DNA of 64,000 nucleotides from Eledone cirrhosa (taxonomy: Eukaryota): positions 103,416,001-103,480,000 of the forward strand of contig OZ024745.1 of the NCBI GenBank assembly GCA_964016885.1. The letters are read 5' to 3'. Shown piece by piece: positions 58,051-64,000 of this stretch. The translations under genes were made by a program, and so were the position numbers. The notes under the pieces were generated by a model. That model saw only the letters and a program-made list of their open reading frames with translations. It did not search any database and was not told where the DNA came from. Each line of letters opens with the position of its first letter. The stretch's first letter is position 1.

Positions 58051-59067
58051 TGACTCTCTCCACATTAAAAATGTTGTTTTAAGATAACCAGCTAGAAATA
58101 GCAGCGAGGGCAACCTTAAATCTCACTCTGTCATCTTAAAATAAAAGAGGTCACATTGCATAATATAGTTTTATATACAATATGTTTGAAATAAAAGACT
58201 AGATTTTGATTAGTAGAATGTCTTACATCATAGGTTTATTTGATCTGTGCTGATTTCGTGCTAAACATCAACAACAAAGAGTTATTCTTAGAAGAAAGTC
58301 TGTTATAATACTTAACCCTTTTTCATACTAAACTGCCTGAAACTGATCCTGGTTTTAAGATACCAGTTTGTTTATATTTATCTGATACTTCATGTAGCAA
58401 CTTCCTCTGTGTAGTTGTAGTCAGGCCCATTGGCAAGCTTTTGTGCTGGGTAGTTGGGTTCAGAACATTTTGGTTGGGCAGTTTAATTCCTTAGGAAATG
58501 TTTTTATCATTTTCTTTGGTTAACATTCTTGTTTATTTGTGAAATTTTTTGTTCTTTGTTCTTGATTTTTTAGACGAAAAGTTAATAGTCAAAACTTCAA
58601 AAAACTTATTTCAGGACAATTTTTATAAACTCTAGGTTTTAAATCTGAGGGTGCACCATTGAAAAGTAGGAGAGGAGGCAGCACCATCCAATGCCTCCTC
58701 GCCACTACCGACATTAGTGATGGGCCCATCTTCATCAATCACTGATAGACTAACTCAAAAGAATATAAAAAAATCATCAACATCATCATCTGACAGAATG
58801 GCTTATTTGTTAGGAATTAGGAGACATTCTAGGATACATCTCCAAAATACTGGATGGCTCAGTTGGAATGTCTTTTATCACATGTCTGATTTTATCACAT
58901 GTATGATCTAGGACTAAACAATATAAATAACAGCAACAGCAACCTGGAATCTTTGCGATACTTGATTCCATATTTTTTCATTTGAGTCATACCTGTTTTA
59001 GGGAATGATTTTTAACATAAGATAATAGATATATTTTGGTATTCAATGTTGCTATTATTGTTGTTGA

Positions 59068-59215
59068 GTCTTGAGTTCAAATCCCGCTGAGGTTAACTTT
59101 GCCTTTCGTCCTTGTGGGGTCGATAAAATAAAGTACCAGTCACGCACTGGGGTCGATTTAATCAACTTCACATCCCCCAAAATTGCCTACATGAGCCTAT
59201 ATGAGAAACCATTAT
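59068..59215 (+). mobile_element. SINE family 1, 5'-truncated
   Basis: gagttcaaatcccgctgagg...ggggtcgataaaataaagtaccag. Confidence 0.8.
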
Positions 59216-59439
59216 TGTTGTTGAGTTTCATGTCAGTCTTAATTAAACAGATATCCATTCAAAGGCATTCCATCCATGGCCATTCTGTCTATATTAAGAA
59301 CACCATTATCCAATGTCTTTTTTCTGTAATGTGATAGAGTATGATTTGAGGGGGATTTGGCTCCTATTTCTAGCAGGATGAGTGACTGAATAGATATTCT
59401 TTCATTGGCTTGTCCAGTGTATACCTTATTGAATATGCA

Positions 59440-60085
59440 ATCATCATCATCATCATCATCATCATCGTTTAACGTCCCTGTTCCACGCTTGCATGGGTTT
59501 GGACGGGGGTTTTCCCACTTGAGGCAAGAGTGGTTGTCTTGCTCGCATAGGACTGTCTGGCGGGTTTTCTACAGCTGGATGCCCTTCCTAACACCAACCA
59601 CATTTACAGTGTGGGGCTGGGAGGTTTTTACCGTGTTGCCTACATGGCCACATTACAGCGTGGACTGTGTGTTTTTTTGTCGTGACACCTACACAACCTC
59701 ATTTGTTTCGGCCTGGATGTTGTGGCACCAACATAACTTTGCATTGAAGGGGGCGGTGTGGATGGGGTGGGACGGGGGTGTATTTTGTTAGAGATGCCTA
59801 CTGACTAGTAGGTTTTACTTTGTATTTAGGTGAGGCGGGTCTTCTCTGTTACTGAGTACCGCCAAAGGTCTCGGTCCAGTGACATTGTCTTGGAGAGGTG
59901 TAAGTGTGTGAGGTCGGAATTTATCAGCTCGTCCCAGGTTTTCCTGGGTCTGCCTACTCCGTGGCTACCATCTATCTTTATTGCCCTGCACTTTGTTATA
60001 CAGCTGTCGTCTTTCATGCGCATCACGTGACCATACCAACGTAGCCTTCTCTCGAGTAAACAACATCTGATCCCTCTTATTTCTA
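59440..60085 (-). mobile_element. RTE LINE family C 3' portion
   Basis: IRGIRCCLLERRLRWYGHVMRMKDD...GRPRKTW; same family as 17457-17900; long 3' UTR and (GAT)n tail. Confidence 0.92.
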
Positions 60086-60807
60086 ATGTTGGAATTTTAA
60101 AATAAAAAGATATCCAGTATAACATTAGAAAATTAATAAATAAATAGAACCAATACTAAGAATCAAAACTTAGTGACTATACTTTTTATGAAATATATAT
60201 TTTTTATTTAAACACTTTAAAGCAGTTAATTTTATATCCTAGTTTGTATAGAAAGGGTTAAATAAATCTATCTTGTATTTTCTAGAAAATATTACTGTAG
60301 ATTTTAGAGTGGTGAGTTTATATGAGTACCTCTACAAAAGTAACTATTTGCCTAGATTTAAATAACTGCTAAAAATTTTAAGACAATAATAATATGTATA
60401 TTTTTAATATATTAGTGATAATTTTGATGGTTAATCCTTACATTAACACAGTGTATAGTATTCAGCTTGGTGAGTGTCATATTTGAGTTAGCTTTCAGTT
60501 TTTGTGATGTTACAAATATCAGCATTCATCTTTTCTGTTTTTATGAAGTTATATTATTTAGCATTCAGTTTTTGTGATAATGTATTGTTTGGGATTCAGC
60601 TTTTTAAATGTTATATTATTTTGTCTTATCTGATTTCAAATAGATATAATGTATCCTTGCTTATCAAAAAGAGTTAGTGTCAGTAAGGGTGTTTGGTCTT
60701 AAAACATTGTCCAAAAAAGAACTCCACATTGAATATGAAGCTTGTCATGTGACCTATAAGACTAACCTCATTTAGTAGGGGGAAATGGCCTTAAATAGCT
60801 TATGGTT

Positions 60808-61200
60808 ATAATAATAATAATAATGAAATTATTGTGTACAGTGCTCAGGTGCACTACAACTCATCAAAGGTGTATGTATAGTACATAGAATAATATACAA
60901 ATGTCAGGGAAGTGAATAGTGTATGAGTCATGATATACATGTGTGCGTGTGTATGGAGGAGGAATATTAGGTGTAGTGTTGGCGAATCTCAGGAAGCATG
61001 GAGGTTTTAAAGGATGCAGTGTCTCGACAGCTAACAACTGATGTAGGTAGTTTGTGCCATGCTTCAGCAACTCTGAGCGTGAAAGAATGTTTCTGAAAGT
61101 CATGGGAGCTGTGCTGTTTTTTTACTTTGTTGGCATGCCCATGTGTGTTAGACACAGGGAAATCAAAATGGTACTCAGGGTTGTTGTTGGCAAGATTCAT
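60808..61200 (-). mobile_element. CR1 LINE 3' fragment with (TTA)n tail
   Basis: SNTHGHANKV...KHSFTLRVAEAWHKLPTSVV....ASFK matches the CR1 TRGH...F..RV...WN.LP..VV motif. Confidence 0.85.
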
Positions 61201-61600
61201 ATTATTCATTTATATTATTAAGCTATCTGTTTTAAATGTTATATTGCTAGGCATTCAGTTTTTTTTTTTATGTTACACAGTTTCAAATTCAGATTTGTTT
61301 TGTGGTTCATTGTTTAACATTCAATTTTTCTGGTGTTATATTCTTCAGCATTTAGTTTGTGTGATGTTATATTGTTTGCATTCAGTCATTGAAATTCCTC
61401 ATTGAAATTCTTCATTGAAGTTTTAATAAGCCTTTCTGAAATCTTATCTTAATAATTTTATCAGAATTTTAAATGGATTTAATGCTCATTTACTCCTTTT
61501 TTTTCCTTTCTTCCATATTTGATCCTTCAATGGAATCATTTTAAACATTGGAATTGTCTTTTTAGCAATTATGTTTTAATGAATTTTTTATAACAAAAAC

Positions 61601-61868
61601 CTTAACCCTTTTGATACTAAACTGCCTAAAACAGCACCTAATTCTACAATACAAAGCTCTTTATTCTAAAGTGTTTACATTTATCAAAAAATCTTCCATC
61701 ATAATTTCATGTAAAAACATTTGTAAATTTATGCTTCAAACATCAGCTTAAAAATATGAGAAAGATAGTGATATTATTAAATCCATCCAAATCTTTTATT
61801 ATTTTCAAAATTAATTGAAGATCATAGGTAGTATCATTTATTAGAAGTATGGTAACAAAAGAGTTAAA
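61601..61868. mobile_element. Diverged TTAA-type MITE (related left end at 58312)
   Basis: ttaacccttttgatac ... aacaaaagagttaa. Confidence 0.5.
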
Positions 61869-61888
61869 TATATGCGCAAAAGACTGAA

Positions 61889-64000
61889 TCATCATCATCA
61901 TCACCATCATCATCATTTTACGTCCGCTTTTCCCTGCTTGCAAGGGTAGGACGGGTCTTATTCAGCACAGCATCTCTCCACTCATCACGGTCCCTCGTCA
62001 TCTCCACCGTGAGCTTCAATGATCTGAGGTCTGTTCTCACCACCTCCGCCCATGTTTTTCGTGGTCTACCTCTACCACGTCTTCCTTCAACTGGCAATTC
62101 CTGGCACTTCTTCACCCATCGGTCATCCTCCATGCGCATTACATGTCCATACCACCTCAGTCTCCTCTCCCATACACTACATTCAATCCCTCTCAGACAC
62201 AGTTTCTCTCTCAACACATTTATGCTGGGTCGTTCACGCACATTTACACTGCACATCCAATGGAGCATGCTTGCCTCATTTCTCTCCAGCCGTTGCATAT
62301 CCTCTGCAGTTGCTGCCCATGTCTCACTACCGTGCAGCATCGCGCTCCTCACACAGGCATCATACAACCGGCCTTTCGTACGCAGAGAGAAACACTTCTT
62401 CGTCAGCAGAGGAAGCAGCTCCCTAAACTTCTTCCAACCTGTCCTTATTCTAGATACTATGACCTCGGAACACCCTCCTCCTATGCTAATCTGATCTCCT
62501 AGGTACCGGAAGCTATCCACCACTTCTATAGCACCCTCTTGCATTTGAAAAATGTGTCTATCAATGCGACTTCTACTGTCTAATTTCCCTGTACATCTAC
62601 TGCATACATATTTCTCCCTACCTGTTAGTTTGCCTGCTATCCCGCTACATCTCTTGTGTACCCAGGATCTGCATTGTGTGCATTTTATAGAATTTATGCC
62701 AGTTCTTTTTCTGCATATCGAACATGGCCATTTCCCTGACGGAATCAGTGTTTTGTCCTCTTTTCTACTCATCAACACTTTTGCCTTAGCTAGATTCACT
62801 CTCAGTCCTCTTGCTTCCAACTGTTGTTTCCATAGCCAGAATTTATTCTCTAGCTCCTCTACTGATTCTGCTATAAGAACCAGATCGTCAGCATAGAGAA
62901 GTTCCCATGGACGGCCAGTCTTAAACTCCTCTGTTATGGCTTGGAGGACTATAATGAACAAGAGCGGGCTGAGGACCGAACCTTGATGTACTCCTACTTG
63001 TATCTCGAATTCCTCACTAAACTCCATTCCTACCCTGACTTTACTGAGAGTACCTCTGTACAAAGTTTGCACTGTCCTCACAAGCCATTCCTCAACACCT
63101 AGCTTCCTTAGGGACCACCAGATGACAGATCGGGGTACCCTATCAAAGGCCTTCTCTAGGTCAACAAAGGCTAAGTATAATGGCTTATTCTTCTCTAAGA
63201 ACCTCTCTTGCAATTGTCTCACCAAGAAGAGGGCATCTGTTGTACTCTTCCCAGGCACAAAACTAAACTGCATCTCATCTAGTTTGACCCTTTCTCTAAT
63301 TAGTTGCGCTAAAATCCTTTCTGCCACTTTCATAACCTGATCTATCAGTTTTATACCCCTATAATTGCTCCTCTCCAAAGCATCCCCTTTACCTTTGTAG
63401 CAATTTATGAGAATACTGCTGCACCAGTCTTTGGGTATGACACCACCATATATAGCCTGATTGATGATGCGTGCAACCAGTTTAGTGCCTATGTCCCCTG
63501 ATGCCTTCAGCATCTCAGCAACTATTCCCGATGGTCCGGCAGCCTTACCATTTTTCATTTCCCTAATCGCCTCTTGGACCCTATATTCATCAATCTCAAT
63601 AGCTGGTCCTTCTGTCGGATCTACCAAGGGTAATTTCTCTCTCTCCCATTCATTCTCCACATTCATCAGTCTCTCATAATGACATTTCCAGGCCTCCTTT
63701 TTCTGATCATTCATGACACTAAGTACACTGGCATCATCCCGGACACATTTATCTCCAACAACATCCTGATTTGCATTGACACACTGCCTTGCAATGTGGA
63801 ACACCGCACGCCTCTGATCTTCCCATCGCAGAACATTGGCAAACCTCCTACTCTCTGCCTCCCTGCGTGCTAAGTACACCTGACGTCTAGCTTCTCTCTT
63901 AGTGGCTGTATATTCTTCCCTACTCCCACTCTTTTTCCAAGCCTTCCATGCTAGTCTTTTGTCTCTAATAGCCTTATCTACTGTGCTGTTCCACCACCAG
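61889..64000 (-). mobile_element. RTE LINE family A, continuing beyond the window
   Basis: Uninterrupted RT ORF; stop codon directly before the (GAT)n tail. Confidence 0.96.
61918..63999 (-). CDS. RTE-clade LINE polyprotein (RT and C-terminal Cys-rich domain), N-terminally incomplete
   Basis: KAAGPSG, NYRGIKL, FVDLEKAFDRV, GVHQGSVLSPLLF, LLYADD, FRYLG, RWYGHV; frame stays open upstream of the listed start (WWWNSTVDKAIRDK...). Confidence 0.93.
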   Translation of the reverse strand, partial: WWWNSTVDKAIRDKRLAWKAWKKSGSREEYTATKREARRQVYLARREAESRRFANVLRWEDQRRAVFHIARQCVNANQDVVGDKCVRDDASVLSVMNDQKKEAWKCHYERLMNVENEWEREKLPLVDPTEGPAIEIDEYRVQEAIREMKNGKAAGPSGIVAEMLKASGDIGTKLVARIINQAIYGGVIPKDWCSSILINCYKGKGDALERSNYRGIKLIDQVMKVAERILAQLIRERVKLDEMQFSFVPGKSTTDALFLVRQLQERFLEKNKPLYLAFVDLEKAFDRVPRSVIWWSLRKLGVEEWLVRTVQTLYRGTLSKVRVGMEFSEEFEIQVGVHQGSVLSPLLFIIVLQAITEEFKTGRPWELLYADDLVLIAESVEELENKFWLWKQQLEARGLRVNLAKAKVLMSRKEDKTLIPSGKWPCSICRKRTGINSIKCTQCRSWVHKRCSGIAGKLTGREKYVCSRCTGKLDSRSRIDRHIFQMQEGAIEVVDSFRYLGDQISIGGGCSEVIVSRIRTGWKKFRELLPLLTKKCFSLRTKGRLYDACVRSAMLHGSETWAATAEDMQRLERNEASMLHWMCSVNVRERPSINVLREKLCLRGIECSVWERRLRWYGHVMRMEDDRWVKKCQELPVEGRRGRGRPRKTWAEVVRTDLRSLKLTVEMTRDRDEWRDAVLNKTRPTLASREKRT

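Overview
AT-rich, repeat-dominated animal genomic DNA with no recognisable host exon or prokaryotic gene. The repeat inventory suggests a cephalopod such as Octopus (inference only). The window is a patchwork of retroelements: two Penelope-like elements (PLEs) with RT and GIY-YIG domains (18376-21730 +, 34982-37790 -) plus older fragments; at least three RTE-clade LINE families, one with an ORF open from 61918 to the window edge; the 5' half of an L1/Tx1-like LINE; CR1-group and CRE-like fragments; two tRNA-derived SINE families; TTAA and TA MITEs; long (TA)n tracts; and 30-bp and 42-bp minisatellites. The main unannotated signal, read by hand, is a high density of type I hammerhead ribozyme (HHR) motifs: about 25 intact or variant motifs in about 10-12 unrelated non-coding families, mostly inside (TA)n tracts and often in fold-back arrangements. 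Highlights are a 420-bp HHR-delimited tandem repeat (retrozyme/circRNA-like), a tandem pair of 1.32-kb near-perfect hairpins with HHRs on both strands, and HHRs with very long stem II and palindromic stem III. No searches or folding programs were run, and element boundaries are approximate.
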